This document shows positions 30,506 to 40,007 of a stretch of 64,000 nucleotides of DNA, piece by piece. Within the stretch, counting starts at the first letter, position 1; every line of letters begins with the position of its first letter. Origin of the DNA: Bdellovibrionales bacterium (GTDB taxonomy: Bacteria > Bdellovibrionota > Bdellovibrionia > Bdellovibrionales > UBA1609); the NCBI GenBank assembly GCA_965261545.1, contig CBDHDF010000011.1, forward strand, positions 1 to 64,000, given 5' to 3'. Both the position numbers and the translations under genes were made by a program. The notes under the pieces were generated by a model. It was given only the letters and a program-made list of their open reading frames with translations. It did no database searches and had not been told where the DNA came from.

Positions 30506-31582
30506 TTATCCTGATGGCTGAACATGTTGAAGAGTTTTTTTCACGAGGGAAAAGGGCACCACTCTTTCTAGTTCATGCACATGAATCCATTTCATACCTT
30601 GAGGCATCATCTTCATATCCACCACTCTCATATCCTTGAGCATCAACCCCTTCATACCCTTGAGCATCACCAAGGTTTTGGATTTTATGTTCTGAGTGCA
30701 AACCTCAATATCAATGTAAATATCGTGGTGGGTGATGCTATGGCGAAAATTATATTGTTGAGGCTTTATTTTCTGCCTACTGGCAGAACCGGGAAAAATC
30801 CATTGCCCCTTTAGAAAAGGGGCATAGTCATTTTTGACAAAACCAATTTCGTTGCCACACCGGTAAAGTTGGGGCTTCCATAGCCAAATTTCCCTTTCTC
30901 TCCGAGGCTTGGCAAGTGGAAGGGAGAACTCAGCCCCGACCTTTTGAGACTTACAAAATCTCAACAAGGGGCAAAAAAAACATGCCGGCGATTGGGGTGT
31001 GCAAATAGTTGCTCCCAACTCCATCATGGCTTGATTCATGGATGAGCTATCAACTCCTTGCACAGCGTTGTCGGACAACCCCTGCAAAAGCTTTTGCTCT
31101 TCTGATTTCCACCAAGAAATTTTCAGGTGAAAAAGGCGGCATAGAATACGAATAACATTGCCATCGAGAACACCCACAGGCTCTTTGAAGGCAATGGAGC
31201 TAATAGCCCTTGCCGTGTAGGGACCGAGGCCCGGAAACTCTATGAGTTCAGAGTGGGAGCGGGGAAACTCCTTAAGTGAACTTATTTTCTTAGCAGCACT
31301 CCATAGGTAGCGTGCGCGACGGTAGTAACCAAGCCCCGCCCAAGAAGCGAGAACATCTTCTTCACTGGCCGAGGCCAAGTGGTGAATGGTGGGAAACCGA
31401 TGCATAAAGTTTTTGTAGTAGGGAATGACGGCGGTCACAGTGGTTTGCTGGAGCATGGCCTCAGAAACAAGAATTCCATAGGGGCTGGAATGCTGCCGCC
31501 ATGGTAGAGCACGTTGATTTTCTTCAAACCAGCTGAGAAGCTTGGTCTTCATCTGTGGAGTCCAGTGAAGTGATTTTTTCAT
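30506..31582 (-). CDS. mutY: A/G-specific adenine glycosylase
   Basis: LPWR, VSEAMLQQT, WAGLGYY, LDGNVIR, CTPQSPACFFCPLLRFC Fe-S motif. Confidence 0.95.
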   Translation of the reverse strand: MKKSLHWTPQMKTKLLSWFEENQRALPWRQHSSPYGILVSEAMLQQTTVTAVIPYYKNFMHRFPTIHHLASASEEDVLASWAGLGYYRRARYLWSAAKKISSLKEFPRSHSELIEFPGLGPYTARAISSIAFKEPVGVLDGNVIRILCRLFHLKISWWKSEEQKLLQGLSDNAVQGVDSSSMNQAMMELGATICTPQSPACFFCPLLRFCKSQKVGAEFSLPLAKPRREREIWLWKPQLYRCGNEIGFVKNDYAPFLKGQWIFPGSASRQKIKPQQYNFRHSITHHDIYIDIEVCTQNIKSKTLVMLKGMKGLMLKDMRVVDMKMMPQGMKWIHVHELERVVPFSLVKKTLQHVQPSG

Positions 31583-31695
31583 GACTCTATTGTCCTCGGA
31601 TGTCCTTAAATGTAAAATAAAAATAAATACCTTGTGCAAGGAATCAGCAATAAATATCTTGCGCAAAGGATCAGCCTTTATTATAAGAAAAACTT

Positions 31696-32643
31696 ATGAA
31701 ATATGAACCCTTAAGTGGGAGAGAGTTTCCTCGTTTTTCAGGCATCAAAACCTTTTTTCGCCTTCCCCATGTGAGCGTGGACATGGACTACGATGTGGCC
31801 CTTGCGGGAGTCCCCTACGATGGGGGAGTGAGTTATCGACCGGGAGCCCGAATGGCTCCCTCCCATATACGAGAAATGTCTTCTCTTGGACGTGGTTATC
31901 ACTGGACCCGAGGAGTCAATTTTTTTGAAAAAATCAAAGTGGCGGATATTGGAGATTGTCCCACAGTGCCCCTAGACCAAAAAATGACCTACGAGCGCAT
32001 TGAAAATTTTTTTTCAAATATTTTAAGCCTTGAAAAAAGATTTGTCGCCATTGGAGGGGATCATTCAACAACCCTTCCCCTTTTGAGGTCTGTGAAAAAA
32101 AAATGGGGTGGCCCCGTGAGTCTCATTCACTTTGATGCCCACCTAGATACCTATCCGTCAGCTTGGGGCTGTGAATACCACCACGGGGCCTTTGTGAGGC
32201 ATGCTGTGGAGGAGGGACTTATTCTTCCCGAAAAATCATTACAAATAGGCATTCGAGGCCCGCTTGCCAGCGGTTCAGATACCGACTTTGTCAAACTGCA
32301 TAGAATTTCTGTGACGACGGTGGATGATATTCGAAGACGAGGGCTTGAGAGTTTTCTTGGCTCACTCCCCTCCTTTGACGGCCCCACATATATAAGTTTT
32401 GATATTGATTGCTTAGATCCAAGTTACGCTCCTGGAACAGGGACCCCCGTCCCAGGGGGACTAACCACTTATGAAACTCAGCAAATTCTCCGTCATCTGA
32501 AAGTTTCTCAATTGGTAGCTGCCGATATTGTGGAGGTCTCTCCCCCCTACGATTCTTCAGGAATCACAGCTTTGGCTGCCGTAGACACTCTTTTTGAGCT
32601 TTTGTGCATGATGGCTGAGAACAAAAGCCTGCGCGATGGTTAA
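31696..32643 (+). CDS. speB: Agmatinase
   Basis: GGDHS, HFDAHLD, SFDIDCLDPSYAPGTGTP. speA is in the same window. Confidence 0.9.
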   Translation: MKYEPLSGREFPRFSGIKTFFRLPHVSVDMDYDVALAGVPYDGGVSYRPGARMAPSHIREMSSLGRGYHWTRGVNFFEKIKVADIGDCPTVPLDQKMTYERIENFFSNILSLEKRFVAIGGDHSTTLPLLRSVKKKWGGPVSLIHFDAHLDTYPSAWGCEYHHGAFVRHAVEEGLILPEKSLQIGIRGPLASGSDTDFVKLHRISVTTVDDIRRRGLESFLGSLPSFDGPTYISFDIDCLDPSYAPGTGTPVPGGLTTYETQQILRHLKVSQLVAADIVEVSPPYDSSGITALAAVDTLFELLCMMAENKSLRDG

Positions 32644-32738
32644 GAGTGGACGAGGCATCATCTGCTTTTACTCTTCCTTCAGAGTTGTTACGCTTGCGAG
32701 AAGTGTAGGTTAAGTTAGGTTAGATGGATTAGTTTAGA

Positions 32739-33761
32739 TTAGCCTTCTTCATTCATCATATTCTCTTTAATCCATTGGACACTTTGGGCAATGGCTTCTT
32801 GGGAAGGGCGTGGTTTGAAGTCAAACTCTTTTTGAGCCTTGGTTGAATCAAACCAATGATACAGTGTGGAAGCCCAAGCATTTTCTGAATTGAGAGGTCC
32901 TCGCTTTCCCACCTTTTCTAAAAGGTCTCCTGCACACCCAATGGCATGAACCACAGGGTTAGGCAGATAAATAGAGGGAGGGGAGGTTCCAGCCTCTTTC
33001 GCAATGGCTTGAAAGAGTTCTTTGATAAGCATATTCTCACCTGAGATAATGTAACGCTCTCCTGGTTGCCCTTTGTGAAGAGCAGAAGAAATAACGTGAA
33101 TGACATCCTCCACAGAGACAACATTGACACCCCCAGAAGTATAAAAGGGAAATTGGCCCTTTGCGATTTTGAGTTGAATACCACGGCTGCCTTTTTTGGC
33201 ATCTCCGGGTCCATAGATGGTCGAGGGATTGAGTATGACAGCATTGAGTTGATGCTGCTGTACCGCCTGAACAACAAGTTGCTCTGCCTGTCGCTTGGTT
33301 TCAAAATAACTTAGATTAAGGTGAGAAAGATTATAGAAAGATTCTTCATTGAGGGGAGAGTGAGGCTTAAAGCTTGCTCCCACAGCCACCACAGAACTCA
33401 TATGTATGAGTCGTTGGACATTATTTTTTAAACAAGCGTTAATGACATTTTGAGTGCCATAGACGTTGACTTTTTCCATGGTGGCACGCATGGCCTTGGA
33501 GTAGCCGACCACTCCTGCAAGGTGGCAAACAACACTCACGCCTTGAGTGGCTTTCAAAAGGCTTTTTGGGTCGATGATGTCACCGATATGATGTTCGAGT
33601 AAACCCTTTGACTTCAAACCCTTGGATTTTTGAACCTCCTCCAGTTTTGAGATATCGCTATGGCTTCGGCGAAGAATTCTAATCTCATGCTCTTCATCAA
33701 GCCACCTTTGAGTCAGTTGAGTTCCCACAAAACCTGTGGCCCCCGTGATAAGGATTTTCAT
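32739..33761 (-). CDS. NAD-dependent epimerase/dehydratase (dihydroflavonol reductase-like)
   Basis: ITGATGFVG, HLAG, YFETK, NPSTIYGPGD. Confidence 0.9.
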   Translation of the reverse strand: MKILITGATGFVGTQLTQRWLDEEHEIRILRRSHSDISKLEEVQKSKGLKSKGLLEHHIGDIIDPKSLLKATQGVSVVCHLAGVVGYSKAMRATMEKVNVYGTQNVINACLKNNVQRLIHMSSVVAVGASFKPHSPLNEESFYNLSHLNLSYFETKRQAEQLVVQAVQQHQLNAVILNPSTIYGPGDAKKGSRGIQLKIAKGQFPFYTSGGVNVVSVEDVIHVISSALHKGQPGERYIISGENMLIKELFQAIAKEAGTSPPSIYLPNPVVHAIGCAGDLLEKVGKRGPLNSENAWASTLYHWFDSTKAQKEFDFKPRPSQEAIAQSVQWIKENMMNEEG

Positions 33762-33829
33762 GGTTTTGGGATTCTCATAGTCTTAGACTCTCATGGCTTT
33801 AGGGCGCTCACAGCTTTACATCCACTGAT

Positions 33830-34765
33830 TTACTTCTTTATGATCTTGATCGACTTTATTTTAATCTCATTTAAAGGTTTATCGTTTTGCATATTTCTTT
33901 TCATAGAGGCAATTTTTTTGACAACATCCATGCCTTCAGCAATTTCACCAAAGACAGTGTGCCCCCTCCCCTTCTTCTTACACTGGTCATCCATGAGGTC
34001 CAAATAGGCAGCTGGTGCCAAAGTGATAAAGAACTGGCTGCCATTTGTATTGGGCCCCGAGTTGGCCATGGACAAAACACCAGGCTTATTATGTTTGAGA
34101 TCGCAGGAGGGCTCATCTGCAAATGTATACCCTGGGTCGCCACGACCATTGCCCAAAGGGCATCCTCCTTGAATCATAAAGCCAGGAATGACTCGATGAA
34201 AAATAAGGCCGTTATAAAACTCTTGTAATACAAGCTTATTGGAGACTTTAACTTGATTTGTGCCTTTTACCAGAGTTCTTTGAGGAGTTTTAATATGACC
34301 TTCGGCCAGGTCAATAAAGTTTCTGACAGTTCTGGGAACTCTAAGGTGAAATAACCTGAACTTAATGGTCTCAACCTTCTTGCTGGGAAGCCCCTCCACT
34401 TCTATGAGGGCATAAATATTACGAAACTTGTTAAGATTCATGGATTTTGGTTTTGAAGATTTCATTTTCATATTGGATGTCCCGGCCCTTTTGATTGCTT
34501 CCCCGGCTTTGTTTATTGGCACTCCAATTTTGCTTACTGGTCCCACAGCTTTGTTTATTTTTGCCTCAGCTTTTTTTGTTTGGGCTTTGATGGTTTGACG
34601 AAGCTTGTTAACATTAATAGTCATAGACTTTGTTCCCCCCTTTGTCGCCTGGGGTTCCACTGGCACTTGGTCTGGTGGCACCACCTGGGCCGGCAAAGTG
34701 TTCACCATACTGATGACAGTCAACATGATACAACATTCTATAAAATAGCCTTTCAAATACTTCAT
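33830..34765 (-). CDS. Cyclophilin-type peptidyl-prolyl isomerase with signal-like N-terminus
   Basis: FYNGLIFHRVIPGFMIQGG, LSMANSGPNTNGSQFFIT, HTVFG. Confidence 0.94.
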   Translation of the reverse strand: MKYLKGYFIECCIMLTVISMVNTLPAQVVPPDQVPVEPQATKGGTKSMTINVNKLRQTIKAQTKKAEAKINKAVGPVSKIGVPINKAGEAIKRAGTSNMKMKSSKPKSMNLNKFRNIYALIEVEGLPSKKVETIKFRLFHLRVPRTVRNFIDLAEGHIKTPQRTLVKGTNQVKVSNKLVLQEFYNGLIFHRVIPGFMIQGGCPLGNGRGDPGYTFADEPSCDLKHNKPGVLSMANSGPNTNGSQFFITLAPAAYLDLMDDQCKKKGRGHTVFGEIAEGMDVVKKIASMKRNMQNDKPLNEIKIKSIKIIKK

Positions 34766-34952
34766 AACACTCCCTTGATCCCTTGATTTTGGCTCATCTA
34801 TGTTCTTAGCTCATTTAAACTCTTCGCCAGTGTATCTTATGAGTTGACCTTAGTTGACTTAAGTTTATCTTAATCTGACTCATCTCAGCTTATCTCATAG
34901 TAGTATTCATATTTATCGGCTAGATTCCAATCTTACATAAGCAGCAAAGTGA

Positions 34953-36437
34953 TTACTTTATAACAGGAGACCACCTAGGCTTAAAGTAATTGTGCTTGTC
35001 GAAAGTGATAGCCTTTTCATTTTTTCCTTCAAGATCAATTAAGTAAAGTTGGTAATTTCCTGTGCGATTGCTGGAGAACATAATATATCTCCCATCAGGA
35101 GAAAAGGTGGGCTCCTCATTGCTGGCCCAACGCCCTCGAATCGTTTTCACAGAGGTGAGTCTTTTGAGATTGGTTCCATCAACATTGATAATAAAAATGT
35201 CGAAATGCCCTTTGTTATATCCCGAAAAAGTAATTTTAGATCCGTCAGGGGACCAAACGGGGCTGGCATTATTCCTCCCCGAATAGGTGAGCCTTTTAGG
35301 GGATATTTTACCACTTATATCCATAACATAAATCATAGGCGACCCCGTTCGATCGGAGGTGAAAGCCACCTTTGTACCATCGGGGGAAACAGTCGGTTCC
35401 ACATTGAGGGCTCCACTGGGCCCTCTTGTCAATTTGGCGAGGAGTTGGCCTTGACCATTAACTTTAAAAATATCTGCAACTCCATTGCTAGAGAGAGTGA
35501 AGAGAAGCTCTTTTCCATTTTTGAGAAAAGTTGCCCCAGAATTGATTCCCCTGCGGTAGGAAAGAAGCCTCCTTTTTTGAGATTTTAAATTATAGAGAAG
35601 TAAATCAGCATTGTTGGACTTTATTATGGGGTGATAGATATAAGCCGTATAAGCGAGATTTTTGCCATCTGGAGACCATGATGGTGATAGGGCAATGCTA
35701 TCATGATTGCTCACTTGCTGCCGGTTAAATCCGTCCCAATCCATCACATAAATTTCTTTATGTCCCGAGTGACTGCCTACAAAAGTAATTTTTGAATGAA
35801 ACATGGTGGGGCGCCCTGAGAGTCTTTCAATAATATCGTTGGCAAAACTATGGGCAAGTGTTCGCAAGGAGATCTTATCCATGGAAGAATGGTATGTTTT
35901 GGCCAAAACGACTCGTGCTGTGGGAATATAGTACAAATAAGCCTCAAGCTTGATTTTATGACTTAGAACCTGATAACCCGCTCTCACTAAGAACTTTGCC
36001 CCAAGGGCCTGCCAGTTGGAATAGTGAAATCCATTTTTTTCACCTGGGGCGGGCTTGAGTCCGACACTCCGGGGGTCTTCAATATAGGCTTGGGGATTTA
36101 TAAAATTAAAGTAAAAAGATGTATCAAGGTCATTGCGAATAATAGCATCCAAATACTTACCAGCATCCCTTTGAGATTTTGTTGGTAGGCCATCCAGATA
36201 TTTTAGAGGTGGAAGAGCCATCAAACTTTTTTCAAAACGAGCTTTGCCGACATCAATGCGAACACTGCTTTGAGCCAAGGCTGTGTTCATGAATGGATTC
36301 TCCACAAAAGAACTCTTCGTAGGAATGGAAAACACAGAAGTGGGAACCACTGAGGCCAAGACCCACAAGCTCACCCACAAAGCAAAGAAAGTGAAAGTCA
36401 AACATAGGCGAGAACACCGGTTTATGAGATCCATCAT
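34953..36437 (-). CDS. tolB: Tol-Pal beta-propeller protein TolB
   Basis: TolB_N-like region (IIRNDL, AHSFAN) and repeated P.WSPDG (PD40) blades. Confidence 0.9.
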   Translation of the reverse strand: MMDLINRCSRLCLTFTFFALWVSLWVLASVVPTSVFSIPTKSSFVENPFMNTALAQSSVRIDVGKARFEKSLMALPPLKYLDGLPTKSQRDAGKYLDAIIRNDLDTSFYFNFINPQAYIEDPRSVGLKPAPGEKNGFHYSNWQALGAKFLVRAGYQVLSHKIKLEAYLYYIPTARVVLAKTYHSSMDKISLRTLAHSFANDIIERLSGRPTMFHSKITFVGSHSGHKEIYVMDWDGFNRQQVSNHDSIALSPSWSPDGKNLAYTAYIYHPIIKSNNADLLLYNLKSQKRRLLSYRRGINSGATFLKNGKELLFTLSSNGVADIFKVNGQGQLLAKLTRGPSGALNVEPTVSPDGTKVAFTSDRTGSPMIYVMDISGKISPKRLTYSGRNNASPVWSPDGSKITFSGYNKGHFDIFIINVDGTNLKRLTSVKTIRGRWASNEEPTFSPDGRYIMFSSNRTGNYQLYLIDLEGKNEKAITFDKHNYFKPRWSPVIK

Positions 36438-37330
36438 TGAGCCAACCTTATAATGCGATCATTCATATCCGCAACAATCACGGAGGCGTCCCTTGATGGT
36501 TCATGTTTTGCACTCACTCCACGAAATCGTTGCACCTGAAATAATATCTCATTTCTCAAAGCATGGGTATCTTTCGTTATAGATCTTAAAATAACTTCAC
36601 ATAACCTCTCTTGTCCATAGCACTCTCCATTGGTATTCTTTTCTTCAATGAGACCTCTTGTGCATAGGATCAAACGATCCTTGGGGTTGAGGATAAATCT
36701 GCGACTTGTTGAAGAGTCGTGGGAAAAATGAGCCTTAATAGAGCCACTAGTAGCTTCAAGTAGCTTCAGCCGGCCTTTTTCATCATCGTAGTGAAGTCCT
36801 ATGATTTCTCCCGCTTTACAAAAGGAAAACTCAGAGCTTCTACGGTCATAGAGACCATAGAGTATATCCGTGGTGGCATTGTCTTCAATGTGGGGCACCA
36901 GTTCTTCAGCAATGCGTTGAAGCCATTGAATGGGTTCAGAGTCTGATCTCGTCTCCATTTGACTGGTAAGTTTTAATAAAGTTGAAATGAGTAGGGCAGA
37001 CATTCCATAGCTTGAAGAACTAGCTATGATGATTCCAAATCGAGAACGATCATCATGCTCAAAAATGTCAAAGTAATCACCTCCCGACTGTAAGCCAGAA
37101 ATAAATTTTGTACTGAAATCAAACCCAGAAATGGAGGGAATTTTTGTGGGAACAAGGGCTTTTTGAATAGCATGGGCTGCCTGGACCTCATTGCCTAGGT
37201 GAATAATAAGATTTTCCAACTTCTTATTGGTACGCTCAAATTCCTTGCGAAATAGGGCCAAATCACTTTCCCTCGCTAAAAGCTCTTCTTCCAGCTCCTT
37301 GACTCGCTTTTCTAGCTCTTCTTTTGTCAT
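36434..37330 (-). CDS. SpoIIE/RsbU-like PP2C domain protein with N-terminal coiled coil, degenerate active site
   Basis: AHAIQKALVP and SGGDYFD present; other metal-binding Asp motifs are altered. Confidence 0.8.
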   Translation of the reverse strand: MTKEELEKRVKELEEELLARESDLALFRKEFERTNKKLENLIIHLGNEVQAAHAIQKALVPTKIPSISGFDFSTKFISGLQSGGDYFDIFEHDDRSRFGIIIASSSSYGMSALLISTLLKLTSQMETRSDSEPIQWLQRIAEELVPHIEDNATTDILYGLYDRRSSEFSFCKAGEIIGLHYDDEKGRLKLLEATSGSIKAHFSHDSSTSRRFILNPKDRLILCTRGLIEEKNTNGECYGQERLCEVILRSITKDTHALRNEILFQVQRFRGVSAKHEPSRDASVIVADMNDRIIRLAQ

Positions 37331-37568
37331 GATTAGCCTTTATGTGGATTGTAAGGTGAATGACCTGCAAAAATCATACAAGTCATGAAATACCTGCGAA
37401 ATAGTATATAAGCCAATGGCAAGTCTTAATACCTACTACCTACCATGTTTTTTGCGTCGCATAATAATTCGTCGCATCAAAAGATGTCCTTGTAAAAATT
37501 ACATTACTTTTTTATTTGTGGATGGTAAAGTCAAATTTTCTTTTTCACAAGAATTTCACTAGAACACG

Positions 37569-38648
37569 GTGTGGCTTGGCGAGGTGACTGCTTTCAAGCA
37601 CGATAGTGAGAGAGAAATAGCTAAGCAAAAAGGAAGTCATATGTATCATTCAGAGACCATGGCATGGAGCACCTTATCCCAAAAACTTGAACTTGTTAGT
37701 GTGGAGACTCCAACCTCGATGATCCCCTTAGTTTTGGGTATTAACTCTTTGCTAGACCCCCAGGCATCAAGATGTTTGAAAAAAATTAATTTTATGAGCT
37801 ATGAAGTTGCCGCCAAATGTGATGATGATTCAGAGCTTAATCGTCTCTATATTTTAAATGATTATTTTTTTGGTGACCATGGCTTTCAAGTGGATAGAGG
37901 CAAAACCCATGAATTTTGGAATTTTCGCCATATCATCGAAACAAAACGAGGTGCTCCCCTTCCCATTGCTCTCATTTACTTTCACTTTGCAGCTTATATT
38001 GATTTGCCTCTCTACATTATTCAACTGCAAGGGTTTCGAATGGTAAAGTGGGTGGTTGAGAATCAACCCAAGTATATCAACCTCGCTGCGGGTGGAAGAA
38101 TTCTAAGTGAGAAGCAAGTTTTAGAAGTTCTTAATAAAATGAATAAAACGGCTTTGAGTACTAAAGACAAGAAAGAACCAGAGGGGGCCTTGGCCACTCA
38201 TTTAGAGATTCTCCCCTTGAAAAAATTGTTGTTTCACTACGTCCAATCTCTCATCGAACTTTATAAGTATGAAGGCAAAGATATAGAACGCAAAACTATG
38301 CTGGATGTTATTTTAAAAATATCTCCTTCGAATTTAAAGTTTCTTAGCCAAAGGGCTTTGCTTTTAAAAAGAATGGGACTTTATAAAGAAGCCATGGCCG
38401 ATTTAAAAAAGTATTTTTCATTCACAAGTCTTGAGGGGTCTCCAGAGGAGATTCAAATTGCTTTTTATGATATGAAGCTAAAAAACTCCCCCGATGATAA
38501 TATGTTCAATACAACCAAGGTGACCGATAGCACAAACATATCCTCAGCTTTATTCACAGATGCTTCCTATAAACTAAGTACACCTAAAATAAGTACATCT
38601 GCAAAAAATCTATCCACCACCAAAGTTGATGATGATCCCATTCTGTAA
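37569..38648 (+). CDS. SirB1-like (transglutaminase-like plus TPR) protein
   Basis: LNDYFFGDHGF, KRGAPLPIALIY, C-terminal RALLL..MG.YKEA.ADL. Start uncertain. Confidence 0.75.
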   Translation: MWLGEVTAFKHDSEREIAKQKGSHMYHSETMAWSTLSQKLELVSVETPTSMIPLVLGINSLLDPQASRCLKKINFMSYEVAAKCDDDSELNRLYILNDYFFGDHGFQVDRGKTHEFWNFRHIIETKRGAPLPIALIYFHFAAYIDLPLYIIQLQGFRMVKWVVENQPKYINLAAGGRILSEKQVLEVLNKMNKTALSTKDKKEPEGALATHLEILPLKKLLFHYVQSLIELYKYEGKDIERKTMLDVILKISPSNLKFLSQRALLLKRMGLYKEAMADLKKYFSFTSLEGSPEEIQIAFYDMKLKNSPDDNMFNTTKVTDSTNISSALFTDASYKLSTPKISTSAKNLSTTKVDDDPIL

Positions 38649-38719
38649 ATGCGCCCCATAAGGCACAGCCCCTTTCCAGTCAAAGACTTTCTAGCTCTAC
38701 CTCTACCTCAACATCACAA

Positions 38720-39754
38720 TCATAAAGGTTGAAAAATAAGAATATCTAGCCCTTTCTTAGAAGAACTCTGAATAGTGTAAGAATTTCCTTCTTCCATGTA
38801 AAAATAAGAGCCCTCACTTAAATGATATTTTTCGCTAGCTCCCTTTATGGTCTCCATGGTGATAATTCCACGACCGTGGCGGACAAAAAATATTTGACTG
38901 GCGGTCGCCATTGCACTACCCACCTCCCCTGGGGGAAGGGTCCATCGCTCCATCATAAGGCCCTTTTCCACACCCTCCCTTTTTGCCACAAGAGTTTGGC
39001 GGCTCAAATACCTTTGTTCTCCATGAAACACAGGAATACGACCGACAATGGATAAATTTGTGGAGTCTTGAAGCCACCCCCCTTCGTCAAAGAATTTATA
39101 CTCGACCTCAGCCACTTCGTTTCTTGGAAAAATATAAAGAATTTCAACAGGATCCTTGGACTCAGCCACAGTGTAATGAGCCAAATTGGGAGGGATATAT
39201 AAAAAACGTCCGGGAACTAAATCTACGACCTGAGAATGAACACCACGGCCCAAAACAATTTTTCCCCGGCCCCTGAGAACATAATAAATTTCAGAAGCAC
39301 TATGGTAATGAATTTTAAGATCGGTATCAATTTTTGCAATTCCCATGAAAATACTTTGAGCGCCAAAAAATCGAGTATCCAGCAGCTTCTTAATGGCAAC
39401 AGTGCTGATTTCTGGATTCCATACTTCATAAGAAAGCGAATCTATGTGACCTCCTCGAAGACTATGATTTCCATGGTGGGGAATGTCATTATGAGAGTTA
39501 TGTGAAAGACCAGGGATACCACTGGGAAGGGAAAGGCCATGCAAACGGCTGGGGTGGTGGTTTATATTTGTTATAGAGAAAACAGTGGGAATCACTTGAG
39601 AACAACCTTTGCGGTTGTGATCGTGACTCTGGTTAGGGTGTTTTTTGGGGGTGAAGTCATCCCTAGAGGCGGCTTGTAAAGTTGTGCCATAGAAACTTAA
39701 AAATGTAAGAAGAAGACCCCAGGTAACATATAAGTTTATCTTTGTATGTGACAT
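38720..39754 (-). CDS. Exported bicupin; first domain resembles DddK/DddW DMSP lyases
   Basis: Signal peptide ending TLQA; HYHSASEIYY, LYIPPNLAH, IFP..VEYKF. The second cupin lacks metal ligands. Confidence 0.75.
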   Translation of the reverse strand: MSHTKINLYVTWGLLLTFLSFYGTTLQAASRDDFTPKKHPNQSHDHNRKGCSQVIPTVFSITNINHHPSRLHGLSLPSGIPGLSHNSHNDIPHHGNHSLRGGHIDSLSYEVWNPEISTVAIKKLLDTRFFGAQSIFMGIAKIDTDLKIHYHSASEIYYVLRGRGKIVLGRGVHSQVVDLVPGRFLYIPPNLAHYTVAESKDPVEILYIFPRNEVAEVEYKFFDEGGWLQDSTNLSIVGRIPVFHGEQRYLSRQTLVAKREGVEKGLMMERWTLPPGEVGSAMATASQIFFVRHGRGIITMETIKGASEKYHLSEGSYFYMEEGNSYTIQSSSKKGLDILIFQPL

Positions 39755-40007
39755 AGTATATGATATAAGTGAGTTCATTTTTACACTTAAGTGAACAGTT
39801 AAATGAGTTTTATTATACAGCCCCAGCAATAGCTTGATCTCCTATCATCTATATTTATTTTCATTTGCTTTCTTTTATCAGGGCTTATCCCATCTTTTGA
39901 TGCAAAATTCAATGGCATTTTGTCAATTCCATGCCTCAATGCTTGCATTTGGATGGCTTGGATGGCGACGAAGGTGCTTGTACATAAACTTTTTGCCATA
40001 AGGAAAT

